Source of the DNA: a bacterium
GTDB taxonomy: Bacteria; Eisenbacteria; RBG-16-71-46
Reading direction: 5' to 3'
DNA length: 44,523 nucleotides
Assembly (NCBI GenBank): GCA_043779265.1
Contig: JAYWEM010000059.1
Span: forward strand, 1-44,523
Shown here: positions 29,116 to 39,312 of the stretch, in pieces
Numbering within the stretch: the first letter of the stretch is position 1
Layout of the letters: every line of letters starts with the position of its first letter
Made by a program: the position numbers and the translations under genes
The notes under the pieces: model-generated
What the model was told of the DNA's origin: nothing
The model's database searches: none
What the model saw: only the letters and a program-made list of their open reading frames with translations

Positions 29116-30090
29116 ATGGCGAGGAACACGTTCCGTGGATTCGTCTGTGCCGCGCTGCTGAGTGCGATCGCCGGCTGTGGCGGCAATGAAGTGGCGGGGC
29201 CGCCCGGGGACACCGGGGGCGAGCACCTGGTGGTGTTCGTCACCGACCGAGGCCAGCCGGGCAACACCGAGATCGCGCTGTACGACCTCGATGAGTCGGG
29301 CTTCCGCTCGCTGGCGAACCTCAACAACACCGCCTCGGACCTCGAGCCGTGCCTGAGCGAGGACGGCAACTTCATCGTGTGGGCGAGCAATCGCGCTGGC
29401 GGAAGCGGCGGCTACGACATCCTGTTCTACGATCGCGGCGCCCAGGCGCTCGCCGCGCTACCCGGGCTCAACTCGGGTCTCGATGAGCGCCGGCCGCGAT
29501 TCGCGCGAGGCTCCCAGCGCCTCGGTTACGTGTTCGACTCGCTCGGCTCCGCGCGCATCCGCCTCTACGAGCCGGTGGGCGACACGCTCATCAGGCTCCC
29601 CGGTCTCTCGGCGGCGCCGGGCCAGAGCGACGATCAACCGGCGCTCGATGAGACGGGCGATCGCATCGCGTTCGTGAGCGATCGGACCGGGCGGCGGCAG
29701 CTCCATGTGTGGAACCGCACGGCGGGCACTCCCGTGCAGCCGGCGGGCCTCGCCGGTGACTCCACGGACGCCGCGCCGTCTCTGTCGCGCAACGGGCGCT
29801 ACCTCGCCTTCGCGAGCAATCGCACCGGCGGCGCCGGCGGCTGGGATGTGTACCTGTATGACCTGACGACCAGCGCGTTCGTGCCGCTGCCGGGACTCAA
29901 CACGTCGGCCGATGAGCGCTCGCCTTCGATCGGCAACGACGGCATGCGCCTGATCTTCTCGTCCGATCGCCCCGGTGGCGCGGGCGGGCTCGACCTCTAC
30001 CGCTACGAACTCTCCGGAGGCGTCGTCTCGCAACCCTCCGGATTCCGCAGTGCCGCACTCGACGACATGCCCTACCTTCGCTGGCGCTGA
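29116..30090 (+). CDS. TolB-like (PD40-repeat) beta-propeller lipoprotein
   Basis: Lipobox IAGC. Repeated PxLSxDGxxxAFASNRxGGxGGxDxYLYD motifs. Confidence 0.85.
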   Translation: MARNTFRGFVCAALLSAIAGCGGNEVAGPPGDTGGEHLVVFVTDRGQPGNTEIALYDLDESGFRSLANLNNTASDLEPCLSEDGNFIVWASNRAGGSGGYDILFYDRGAQALAALPGLNSGLDERRPRFARGSQRLGYVFDSLGSARIRLYEPVGDTLIRLPGLSAAPGQSDDQPALDETGDRIAFVSDRTGRRQLHVWNRTAGTPVQPAGLAGDSTDAAPSLSRNGRYLAFASNRTGGAGGWDVYLYDLTTSAFVPLPGLNTSADERSPSIGNDGMRLIFSSDRPGGAGGLDLYRYELSGGVVSQPSGFRSAALDDMPYLRWR

Positions 30091-30127
30091 TCCGCCGACG
30101 CCCAGGATGAACCCCAGGAGTCCCACC

Positions 30128-32227
30128 ATGCGCCCCTCGAAGTCGATCCTGCTCTCGGTGATGCTGCTCGCATCGGTCTCGACGGCGCTCGGCCAGTCGC
30201 TTCCGCCCTACCCGCCGACGCGGGTCGAGGTCGTGAACGACGTGCTGCACGGCCAGACGATCGCGGACCCCTATCGCTGGCTCGAGGACAAGGACTCGCC
30301 CGAGACGAAGGACTGGGTCCGCGAGCAGATGGCCTACACGCAGGGCCTCTTGGGCCAGGTGCCCGACCGGGCGTTCGTCACCGAGACCATGATGCGGCTC
30401 GCGAAGGTGGACTCGCAGGGGCTGCCGACCCAGCGCGGCGAGCGCCTGTTCTACATGAAGCGCACCGGCAGCCAGCAGCAGTCGGTGCTTTTCGTGCGAG
30501 ACGGCGCACGCGGCTCCGAACGCGTGCTCATCGACCCCGCCACGCTCGATTCGACGTTCAAGACCTCGATCACGCTGCTCGATGTCTCGCTCGATGGTCG
30601 CATCGCGATCTACGGCATCCGCCGAGGTGGCGAGGATGAGGTCGAGCCGCACTTCCTCGACGTCGTGAGCGGACGTGAGGTCGCGCCCCCGATGCCGCGC
30701 GCGCGTTACATAGGCCTGCAGCTGGATCGCACCGCCAAGACGCTGTGGTACTCGAGGTGGGAGGCCAAGGGGCCGCGCGTCTGGGTGCGCGCGCTTTCGC
30801 AGAGCGCCGAGCACGAGAAGATGGCGTTCGGAGAGGGCCTGACCCAGGGCAACATCCCGGTCTTCAGCCTGTCGCAGGAGCGCGACTGGGCCCTGATCAC
30901 GGTGCTCAAGGGGAGCACGAGCAACGGTGCGCGGCTCCATCTCGCACGAGCCGACCGGCCCGAGCAATTCGTCTCGCTCAACGAGTCGCTCGAGACGGAG
31001 CTGTCCGCCCAGATCGCAGGTGGACGGCTGTACGTGAAGACCACGTGGAACTCGCCCAATGGCCGGCTGATGGTGGCGGATGTGTCGAAGCCGCTCTCGC
31101 AGGATTGGCGCGAAGTCGTGGCCGAGCGCAATGACGCCAAGCTCGAAGGGGCCTCGCTGGTCGGCGGGCGGATCTGCGCGACCTACCTGAAGAACGTGGT
31201 GAGCGAGCTGGTCGTGCACGACCTCAAGGGCGCCCGGCTCCGGGGCGTGGCGCTGCCGGGGCTCGGATCGGCCTCGACGCCGGTCGGCCGCCTCGACTCG
31301 AAGGACGCCTACTTCACGTTCTCCTCGTTCAATCGCCCCCCGACCTCCTACCGCCTCGACGTGAGGAGCGGCGAGACCACCGAGTGGTTCCGCTCGAACG
31401 CCGCATTCGATCCCAACCGATTCGAAGTGCGTCAGGTGAGTGCGCAGTCCAAGGACGGCACACGCGTTCCCTTCTTCATGGTGCACAAGAAGGGACTCGC
31501 CATGGACGGGGCCAACCCGACGCTCCTCCATGGCTACGGCGGATTCGCGGTGGCACAGGTGCCGCGCTTCTCCTCGTACTGGGCCACGTGGCTGGAGCTT
31601 GGCGGTGTGCTCGTGCTCGCCAACTTGAGAGGCGGCGACGAGTTCGGAGAGCCCTGGCACCAGGCGGCGATGCTCGAGAAGAAGCAGAACTCGTTCGACG
31701 ACTTCCACGCCGTCGCCACTTGGCTCGTCACGCACGGCGTGTGCCGTCCGCAGCGCCTTGCCATCCAGGGCGGCAGCAATGGAGGCCTGTTGGTGGGGGC
31801 GGCGATGACACAGCGCCCCGAGCTCCACGGCTCGGTCCTGTGCACGGTTCCGCTGCTCGACATGGTGCGCTATCACCAGTTCCTCGTCGCTCGCTTCTGG
31901 GTGCCCGAGTACGGCTCGTCCGAGGACCCGAAGCAGTTCGAGTTCCTGCGCGCCTACTCGCCCTACCATCAGGTGAAGCAGGGGACGCCGTACCCCTCGG
32001 TGATGTTCGTGACCGGCGACAGCGACACGCGCGTCGACCCGCTGCATGCGCGCAAGATGGCCGCGCTGATGCAATCGGTCGGCGGCGAGCGGCCCGCGCT
32101 GCTCCACTACGACTCCGCGGCCGGACACTCGGGGGGCAAGCCCCTGGACCGCGGCATCGCCGACTCCGTCGATCAGATCCAGTTCCTGCGTTGGACGCTG
32201 GGTGTGGCCCCGATCGGGAGGGACTGA
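30128..32227 (+). CDS. Secreted prolyl oligopeptidase (S9A)
   Basis: DPYRWLED, GYGGF, NLRGGDEFG, catalytic GGSNGG, DTRV and AGH. Signal peptide and AGGAG RBS. Confidence 0.93.
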   Translation: MRPSKSILLSVMLLASVSTALGQSLPPYPPTRVEVVNDVLHGQTIADPYRWLEDKDSPETKDWVREQMAYTQGLLGQVPDRAFVTETMMRLAKVDSQGLPTQRGERLFYMKRTGSQQQSVLFVRDGARGSERVLIDPATLDSTFKTSITLLDVSLDGRIAIYGIRRGGEDEVEPHFLDVVSGREVAPPMPRARYIGLQLDRTAKTLWYSRWEAKGPRVWVRALSQSAEHEKMAFGEGLTQGNIPVFSLSQERDWALITVLKGSTSNGARLHLARADRPEQFVSLNESLETELSAQIAGGRLYVKTTWNSPNGRLMVADVSKPLSQDWREVVAERNDAKLEGASLVGGRICATYLKNVVSELVVHDLKGARLRGVALPGLGSASTPVGRLDSKDAYFTFSSFNRPPTSYRLDVRSGETTEWFRSNAAFDPNRFEVRQVSAQSKDGTRVPFFMVHKKGLAMDGANPTLLHGYGGFAVAQVPRFSSYWATWLELGGVLVLANLRGGDEFGEPWHQAAMLEKKQNSFDDFHAVATWLVTHGVCRPQRLAIQGGSNGGLLVGAAMTQRPELHGSVLCTVPLLDMVRYHQFLVARFWVPEYGSSEDPKQFEFLRAYSPYHQVKQGTPYPSVMFVTGDSDTRVDPLHARKMAALMQSVGGERPALLHYDSAAGHSGGKPLDRGIADSVDQIQFLRWTLGVAPIGRD

Positions 32228-32248
32228 GCCGATCGCCGCGGCGCGGAG

Positions 32249-35200
32249 TCAGGACTCGGACCGGCTCGCGCCTCGATCGGCACCCAACTCCCGGGCGAGC
32301 GCGACCAGCTCGGGGCCGGGCGGCAACCCGAGCTGCTCGTGGCTTCGGCTGGAGAACGCCTCGAACGCACGGCCCGCCGCCGCCGACTCACCCGCTGCCG
32401 AGAGCGCGCGCAGCAGCAGCGCGAAAGCCTCCTCATGCAGCGGATCCACCGCGAGCACCTGCTCCGAAGCCTCGCGTGCGCGCAATGGCTCGCGGCGCGC
32501 GAGAGCCGATCGGCCCACTCCCAGCCACATCGTCAGATGACGGTCGCGAAGTCGCTCGCGATGATCGGCGGCCCAATCGATCTCCGTCCACTCCGGAAGC
32601 AGATCGCCCGTCCACACCTCGAGGGCGCGCGCGAAGGACGCTGCCGAGCCCTCGCGCTCGGCCTGATGGGCGAGCTGAAGGAATCGGTCGAGGTCCAGTT
32701 CGACTCCCGCATCGAGCCAGAGCAGCCCCTGCCCACTCCCGATCACGGTGTAGGGGCCGCGCGGCCCAGCGTGCGGCTCGAGCGCCTTGCGCGCCTCCGA
32801 GAGCGCGACGTCGAACCGATTCCGGCTGGCCGAAGCCGAGGCCCCGGGCCATAGCTGCTCGGCGAGTGCCTCTCGCTGCTGCGGCCTCGGCCGGCGCAGC
32901 GCCAGCAGGGCGATCAGCTTGCGTGCGGCCGCGCGAGAGATGACGCGACGCACGCCCTCGACCTCGATCGCGAACCCCCCGAGCAACGTGATGCGAACGC
33001 GGAGCGATCGCGAAGTCGCGGATCGAGAGGCGCCCAGCGGGACGCGCGACGAGGAATCCTCCATCAGCGGCTTCGAGACGTCGCTCTCCTTGCGCAACAG
33101 CACGCGGTAGTTCTCGCGATCGATCAGCGCCACTGCGGACCGCAGGGCCTGCTCATGTGGGAGCCCGGCCTGCATCGCCACGCGTGCCGAGAAGAGACGC
33201 GCGCGCGCCTCCTCCTTGCGGTCTCCGAGGCGACGAGAGAGCCGCGCGCAGGCCGCCAACGTCGACAGGGACCGCGCCGCCGCATCGGAGCCGAGTCCCT
33301 CGACCAGCGCCCGCTCGATCCGCGCGACGTTGCGCCACGATGGGGACTCGAGGCGCTCAAAGGACGCTTCCGCACGCGTGAGCATCTTCACGGCGGGTGC
33401 GAGTCGGCCGCGGCGCCGCAGCAGCACGCCCTCCCAGACATCGATCATCGCATCCAGCATCGGGCTCGAACTCGTCCGAGCACTCGCGCGCGCGCGGCGG
33501 AAGGCACGAGCCGCCTGGGCGAGACGGCCCTCCTCACTCCACGCGCGCGCGCGCGACATCTCGATCATGGCAATGCGCGGCCCCGGGCCGCTCTTCGGCA
33601 ACAGCCGCTCGGCGTCGTCCAGATGCCCGCGAGCCACGGCCTCCTCGCCCAGGTAGATGTAGGCCTCGGCCATGTTCGTCAGCAGCGAGAACGCCCGACT
33701 CCAGTGGCCCGTGCGCCGGTAGAGATCGAGAGCACGGCGCGCCCGCACGAGATAGGCCTCCCAGCGTCCGGCAGTGAACTCGACCGTGGCTCGATGCACT
33801 TCGGCCTCGGCCGCCTCGTGTTCTGGCGCATCGCGCCGCAGTACGGTCAGTGCGAGGTCGAGGTCGCGCCTCGCGCCCTCGGGGTCGCCCGCATGGAGCC
33901 GGAGCGCGCCGAGTCGGGACCGGATCATGGCGACCGCCACCTTCGATCGCCTCGATCGGGGCAGGAGCCGCTCCCCGATCCGGATGGCCGCCCCCAAGCG
34001 GCCGGTCTGGAAGGCGACGCGTGCGATCACCCAGAAGGAGCGCGCCGCGTCGACCCAGGCGCCTCGAGCCAGCCAGAGCACGATCGCCGCCTGCGCCGTT
34101 TCATCCGCCGCAGCCAGTGAACCCGCGTCGGAGTCCGCGAGCGCGGCAGCGTGGCGGATCACCGGGGAGTCCGCGGCCGATTCAGGTGTCCGCGTGACCA
34201 ACCAGCGCTGGGCCAGCGCCCCGAGCGGCTCGCGCTCCGGCACTTCGAGCTTGCCCATCAGCCGCTCGAACGCACGGACGGCGCTGGCGCCCTGCCCGGA
34301 AGCGGCCCTCAGGTGCAGGGCGCGCGCGTGGTCCCCTCTGGCCTCGTGGATCCGGGCCACTCGCACCATCACCGCCTCGCGCGTGCGTCGCGGCACTTCG
34401 CGCGCCGCCAGATCCCGAAGGACATCCAGGAAGAGCGGATGGAATCGGGGCGTGCTGCTCCCCGCATCGAGGAACAATCCGAGACGGTCGATCTCGCGCC
34501 GAAGTGCGCGGGCTCTCGGCTTCCCGAGAGCCGCCTCCAATGCGCCCGGCTCCAGATCATCGAGCGCGCTCGCGAGCAGGAGGTCGCGGCGCCGCGCCGG
34601 CGTGAGCGGGCTCAGCATCCGCTCGGCGAGCACGCCCCACGCATGATCCTCGCCAGCCGTCTCGGTCGCACGAACCGCCATCGCCAGCCCGGCGGGCCAC
34701 CCTTGATGCCGGGAGGCCAGCGCGCGCCGACTCGAGGCGGGAACACGCCACCTCGAGAACAAGCGCTGCACCTCGGCGCGGTCGAATGCCAGATCCTCAC
34801 GCGCGAGGGGTCGTTCTCCCATCGCCGCGAATCGTCCGGCCGGAAACGGCGCAACGCCGCGTGCGGCGAACAGGAATCTCACCTGCGCCGGACTGCGCTC
34901 GACGAAGGAGGCGAGCCACGCGAGCGTTCCCCGCGTCCCCGCCAACTCATGCGCGTCGTCGAACACGATGAGGCGCGGAGCGGACTCGTCCGCCAACTCA
35001 TGCAGCAGGCTCGCGGTCAGCATCCCACCGTCTCGCTCGAAGGCACGCCGCGCCGCGAAGCGCGCGAGGGTCCGCCGACCGAAGGGTGGCTGGAGCCGAG
35101 CGCCCGCGGCCAGGATCGCCCCGAGCAGCCGCGAGGGATCGCGTTCCTCGCGAGCGACCGTCACCCAGATCGCGTCCTCCCGGGCGGCGAACTCGGCCGC

Positions 35201-35308
35201 CACGGTCGTCTTCCCCCAACCCGCGGGAGCGACCAGTGTCGCCACCTTCCAACGGCCGACCAGCAGCCGCATGAGTCGGGGCCGGGGAACCGGCCTCGGC
35301 ATGGTCAC
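32249..35308 (-). CDS. MalT-like STAND ATPase / TPR regulator with C-terminal winged-helix and BTAD (SARP-type) domain
   Basis: PRPRL, Walker A APAGWGKTT, Walker B FDDAHE, GWPAGL and RFHPLF. C-terminal RITLLGGF…REALAEQLWP…GDLLPE…DPLHEEA. Confidence 0.85.
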   Translation of the reverse strand: MTMPRPVPRPRLMRLLVGRWKVATLVAPAGWGKTTVAAEFAAREDAIWVTVAREERDPSRLLGAILAAGARLQPPFGRRTLARFAARRAFERDGGMLTASLLHELADESAPRLIVFDDAHELAGTRGTLAWLASFVERSPAQVRFLFAARGVAPFPAGRFAAMGERPLAREDLAFDRAEVQRLFSRWRVPASSRRALASRHQGWPAGLAMAVRATETAGEDHAWGVLAERMLSPLTPARRRDLLLASALDDLEPGALEAALGKPRARALRREIDRLGLFLDAGSSTPRFHPLFLDVLRDLAAREVPRRTREAVMVRVARIHEARGDHARALHLRAASGQGASAVRAFERLMGKLEVPEREPLGALAQRWLVTRTPESAADSPVIRHAAALADSDAGSLAAADETAQAAIVLWLARGAWVDAARSFWVIARVAFQTGRLGAAIRIGERLLPRSRRSKVAVAMIRSRLGALRLHAGDPEGARRDLDLALTVLRRDAPEHEAAEAEVHRATVEFTAGRWEAYLVRARRALDLYRRTGHWSRAFSLLTNMAEAYIYLGEEAVARGHLDDAERLLPKSGPGPRIAMIEMSRARAWSEEGRLAQAARAFRRARASARTSSSPMLDAMIDVWEGVLLRRRGRLAPAVKMLTRAEASFERLESPSWRNVARIERALVEGLGSDAAARSLSTLAACARLSRRLGDRKEEARARLFSARVAMQAGLPHEQALRSAVALIDRENYRVLLRKESDVSKPLMEDSSSRVPLGASRSATSRSLRVRITLLGGFAIEVEGVRRVISRAAARKLIALLALRRPRPQQREALAEQLWPGASASASRNRFDVALSEARKALEPHAGPRGPYTVIGSGQGLLWLDAGVELDLDRFLQLAHQAEREGSAASFARALEVWTGDLLPEWTEIDWAADHRERLRDRHLTMWLGVGRSALARREPLRAREASEQVLAVDPLHEEAFALLLRALSAAGESAAAGRAFEAFSSRSHEQLGLPPGPELVALARELGADRGASRSES

Positions 35309-35539
35309 GAGCGCCTCGCGACCACGGCGAGCGCTCCGAGGTGACGTCCGTCGCTTTCGCCAGCCTGCCGCATCGCTCCCTCCTCACGCGCCTGCCGGTC
35401 GCAGCCTAGCGCGAAGGAGCGACTCCCGTAAGACGGCAGTAAGAGCGAGACGCGAGCGTCGTCCCATCGGCGAACGGAAGCGGCCGGCGACAGAGAGCCC
35501 GTCGCACCGACTCCCGGAAGCCGTCGACTAGGGGCCAAC

Positions 35540-37408
35540 ATGAGACACCGAGCGATGCTCATTCCGTGCGCCGCGGTCCAGCTCATCCTTGCTCTCGTCA
35601 CGACTGCGAGAGCCGCGGCAACCGTCACCGTCACGCCACTCGCGAGGCAGGGCGACGCCGCACCCGATGCCAACGGCTCGTTCTCCACCTACTTCCAGTA
35701 CGGCGACCCCGTTCTGAACGATGCCGGGGAAGCGGCCTTCATGGGCCGATTCGCGAGCACGGCGGGCGGGAGCGCCGACGATGACTACCTCGTTCGCGCT
35801 CGGCGCGACGGACTGCGCCTGCTGCTCGCCCGGCAGGGCCAGGCCCTGCCGGATGTCAGCGGCACGTTCGGCGGAATGTTCGCCGCCACGCGCCAGCACG
35901 CGATGAACGACTCCGGACGTGTGGCGTTCGTGACGCCTCGCTCGGGGACACCGGGAGGCACCTCGGACAACAGCGCGCTCTACAGCGTGTTGGACCCGGG
36001 CGCCTTCTGGGTGCATGCACGACGCGGCGACACGCCGCCCTTCACGGCGACGACCTTCAATGGCCTGTTTCCGCCGACGATCAACGATCAACCCCCGAGC
36101 GCGGTCGCGTTCTTCACCTCCCATGGTGGAAGCGCCGCACCGGTGACCGTCTACACCTCGCGCCTCGGCCTCCTGTCGCCGATCGCGTGGCTGTCGCGCC
36201 CGGCTCCCGATGCGACCGATGGCGATGGGATCAACGGGGCGCTCAGCATCTTCTCCTTCGCCGGGACGGGCGACCCGCCGGCGCTTCGCGAGACCGCCAG
36301 CGAGATCGCGTTCTACGCTCACCTGAGTGGCACGACGAATGCGTCGATCGATGACGACGGCGTGTTCCGCGCATCGCCGGACGTGTTCGTGGACATCGCG
36401 CGGGGCGATCAACCCGCACCGGGCGGCGGGACCTATCAGGAATTCGGCGGCTCCCCGACGTACAACGCCAACGGAATCGCGGCGTTCCTCGCGCATCTCA
36501 AGCCGGTTCCCGCGACGGGATCGATCATCGCGCTCGACTGGCCTGGCGGCGGCGACCTGGTGGCCTACTCCTCGCAACCCTCCGCCGACGGGAATGGCAC
36601 CATCAGCTCGCTCTGGCCACCGTCGGTGAACGGTCACGAGGCCGTGGTGTTCCCGGTCCGCTTCACCGGAACCGCCCTGGGCGCGCTCGACGACGACGCG
36701 ATCTACAAGGGGGACTCGACGCTGCTCGTCGTCCCCGAGATCGAGGACCAGATCGCCCGCGAGAATCAGAGCCCGCCGGAGGGTGGCGGTGTGTTCGCAT
36801 CGTTCGGCCTGAGCCCCGCCATCAACGACGCGGGCCAGGTGGCGTTCACGGCGAACCTGCGCAGCACGCCGGGCGGCACGAGCGACGATCGCGCGCTCTA
36901 CCTGTGGGACCCGCTGCAGGGGCTGGTGAAGCTGCTGCGCGAGGGCGACGTCATCGACGGCCGGACCGTGTTGCAGTTCTCGGCGCTGGTCACGCGGGAC
37001 TTCGGTGGGCTCCGCGGGCTGAACGAGGCCGGCGAAGTGGTGGCGCGCATCCAGTTCGTGCAGCCGGGCGGCGATGGCGTCTATCTGTTCCGACTCGAGC
37101 CCGTGCTCTCGGCGCCTCCGCCGCTTCCGGTCGACGCGATGCTGTCGCTGAGCGTGGGCCCCAACCCGATCGGCGCGGGGGCGATCCGCTTGAGATGGTC
37201 CGGCACCCGCGGCGCGCCGGTGCGAGCGCTCGTGCTCGATGCCGCCGGGCGCAAGGTGCGGCTGCTGGCCGAGCGCGTGGACGGCGATGGCTCGCTCGAG
37301 TGGCGGTTGGACGACGACGCGAGGCAGCCGGTCGCAGCCGGCATCTACATCGTGCTCATCGAGTCAGCCCATGAACGGCGCGCACGCCGCATCGCGGTCG
37401 TCCGCTGA
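35540..37408 (+). CDS. Secreted NxxGxxAF tandem-repeat (choice-of-anchor) protein with FlgD-Ig-like C-terminal domain
   Basis: Repeats LNDAGEAAF, MNDSGRVAF, YNANGIAAF and INDAGQVAF. Signal peptide. C-terminal GPNP…DAAGRKVRLL…AAGIY. Confidence 0.8.
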   Translation: MRHRAMLIPCAAVQLILALVTTARAAATVTVTPLARQGDAAPDANGSFSTYFQYGDPVLNDAGEAAFMGRFASTAGGSADDDYLVRARRDGLRLLLARQGQALPDVSGTFGGMFAATRQHAMNDSGRVAFVTPRSGTPGGTSDNSALYSVLDPGAFWVHARRGDTPPFTATTFNGLFPPTINDQPPSAVAFFTSHGGSAAPVTVYTSRLGLLSPIAWLSRPAPDATDGDGINGALSIFSFAGTGDPPALRETASEIAFYAHLSGTTNASIDDDGVFRASPDVFVDIARGDQPAPGGGTYQEFGGSPTYNANGIAAFLAHLKPVPATGSIIALDWPGGGDLVAYSSQPSADGNGTISSLWPPSVNGHEAVVFPVRFTGTALGALDDDAIYKGDSTLLVVPEIEDQIARENQSPPEGGGVFASFGLSPAINDAGQVAFTANLRSTPGGTSDDRALYLWDPLQGLVKLLREGDVIDGRTVLQFSALVTRDFGGLRGLNEAGEVVARIQFVQPGGDGVYLFRLEPVLSAPPPLPVDAMLSLSVGPNPIGAGAIRLRWSGTRGAPVRALVLDAAGRKVRLLAERVDGDGSLEWRLDDDARQPVAAGIYIVLIESAHERRARRIAVVR

Positions 37409-37454
37409 GACGCGCCTTGCACTCGACGGCGAACCTGCGCACCGTGGCGGCGAC

Positions 37455-38936
37455 ATGCGACCCACTCGCCGCGACTTCCTGCGGGCCACCCTGCTCGCGG
37501 GCGCCTCCTTGGCGCTGGGGCCCGGAATCGACCGGGCCCTGGCGGCAGCCTCGCGTGGGCCCCGTCGCGAGGCGCGAGGCTACGGCCCTCTCGTCCGAGA
37601 CCCCCACCGGCTGCTCGATCTTCCCGCCGGCTTCCAGTACCGCGCCCTGTCGCCCGGCGTGCGCGACAAGCACGCCGTGGAACTCGCCGACTTCCGCTCG
37701 CTGCTGAGTGATGGCTCCGCGACGCCGCCTCTGCACGATGGCATGGCGGCGTTCGCGGGAGCAGCCGGAATGACGATCCTGGTCCGCAATCACGAACTCG
37801 ATCTCGGGCACGCGCCGATGGTCGACGCGGCGAGGGCGCGGCCCTATGACCCGCTCACGGGCGGCGGCACGACGACGCTCTGGATCGACCACGATCGCCA
37901 GTTGGTGAAGTCGTTCTCGAGTCTCTCGGGCACGCTGCGCAACTGCGCCGGCGGTCGCACGCCGTGGGGCTCGTGGCTGAGCTGCGAGGAGACGACCGCC
38001 ATGCCGGGCGATCCGGATCCGGTGAACGCCGACCGCACGCCTCGTGTCAGCAAGCCGCATGGCTACGTGTTCGAAGTCGATTCGCGCGCCGAGGCGCTCG
38101 TCGATCCATTGCCGCTCAAAGCTCTCGGCCGCTTCTACCACGAGGCGCTGGCCATCGATCCCTCGACCGGCTTCTGCTATCTCACCGAGGATCGTGACGA
38201 CGGCCTGCTCTATCGCTTCAGTCCGAACGCGGCGATCGAGAAGGGCAAGCGGCCCGCCGATCTCGCGCTCGGGGACTACGCCGAGGGTGGCGTGCTGGAG
38301 GCGCTGCGGGTTCGCGGCCGCCACCAGTTCCTCGCCCAGAACTGGAGTGATCCCAATGGGTTGGCGGTTGGCGAATCGCTTCGGATCGAGTGGGTCCGCA
38401 TCCCTGACATCGACCCTGCCATGGATCTCGAGCGCGACCCCGCCGACCCCGAGCCCGACCTGTTGAAGCGACGCGGGCGCACCGCCTCCGCCTCGATGCG
38501 CGGACAGGGCTTCTCGCTCGGGTGCACGCAGTTCGCGCGGGGCGAAGGCGCCGAGTTCACGCACGGACAGCTCTACCTCTGTTGCACCAACGGCGGACCC
38601 GAGCGCGCCGGTCAGGTGTTCCGGTTGGATCCGCGGCGCGATCGATTGACGCTCGTCTGTCAGCCCGACGATCGGTCGTTGCTCGATGGTCCGGACAATC
38701 TGTGCACGTCACCTCACGGCGATCTGTTCGTGTGCGAGGACGGCCGCGATATCAATCGCATCATGGGACTGACGCCCGCAGGCCGCCTCTATCCGTTCGC
38801 GCGCAATCGTCACGAACGCAACGGCGAGTTCGCGGGCGCGATGTTCGCTCCCGATGGACGCACGCTGTTCTTCAATCTCCAGGAACCCGGTGTGACGTTC
38901 GCGGTGTGGGGTCCGTGGACGCAGCGACGCGACTGA
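37455..38936 (+). CDS. phoX: Tat-exported alkaline phosphatase PhoX (DUF839 family)
   Basis: TRRDFL Tat signal. Motifs HDGMAAF, LVRNHE, NCAGGRTPWGSWLSCEE, GRFYHEA, PDNL, CED and EFAGA. Confidence 0.85.
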   Translation: MRPTRRDFLRATLLAGASLALGPGIDRALAAASRGPRREARGYGPLVRDPHRLLDLPAGFQYRALSPGVRDKHAVELADFRSLLSDGSATPPLHDGMAAFAGAAGMTILVRNHELDLGHAPMVDAARARPYDPLTGGGTTTLWIDHDRQLVKSFSSLSGTLRNCAGGRTPWGSWLSCEETTAMPGDPDPVNADRTPRVSKPHGYVFEVDSRAEALVDPLPLKALGRFYHEALAIDPSTGFCYLTEDRDDGLLYRFSPNAAIEKGKRPADLALGDYAEGGVLEALRVRGRHQFLAQNWSDPNGLAVGESLRIEWVRIPDIDPAMDLERDPADPEPDLLKRRGRTASASMRGQGFSLGCTQFARGEGAEFTHGQLYLCCTNGGPERAGQVFRLDPRRDRLTLVCQPDDRSLLDGPDNLCTSPHGDLFVCEDGRDINRIMGLTPAGRLYPFARNRHERNGEFAGAMFAPDGRTLFFNLQEPGVTFAVWGPWTQRRD

Positions 38937-39312
38937 TCGCGTTCACCATGCCGACGATGCTCGAGAACTTCGCGAAAACCTCCGAGCAGAACGGCACTCA
39001 CGAGCACGACATCGCGCGCGCTATGGAATGAAGCGCCGACGCGCTGTCAAGCGTCGGACAGGGCGCGTTTGAAGCGGTAATTCTGGCCCTTGCATCGGTG
39101 ATGGTGAACGGTGCTATACCTAGCTCCGCCGCTGACGCGCGCGACACCTCGCGTCGGCGGCTCTTTCTCTCACGCGCACAACTGATGTTCCGCAAGCCGG
39201 CTCACTCGGAGCCGCTGATCGTGTGCCCTCTCGGCCCGCGGCGGCTCCGACCGAGCCATCATCAGGATGTGGTGGCATGCAGCAACGCAGTACGGACCAG
39301 GAGGGTCCTTCC

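Noticed and set aside
38937..39312. Cobalamin riboswitch or tRNA upstream of nrdJ
   Set aside because: No B12-box or cloverleaf recognisable by eye. An Rfam scan would be decisive.
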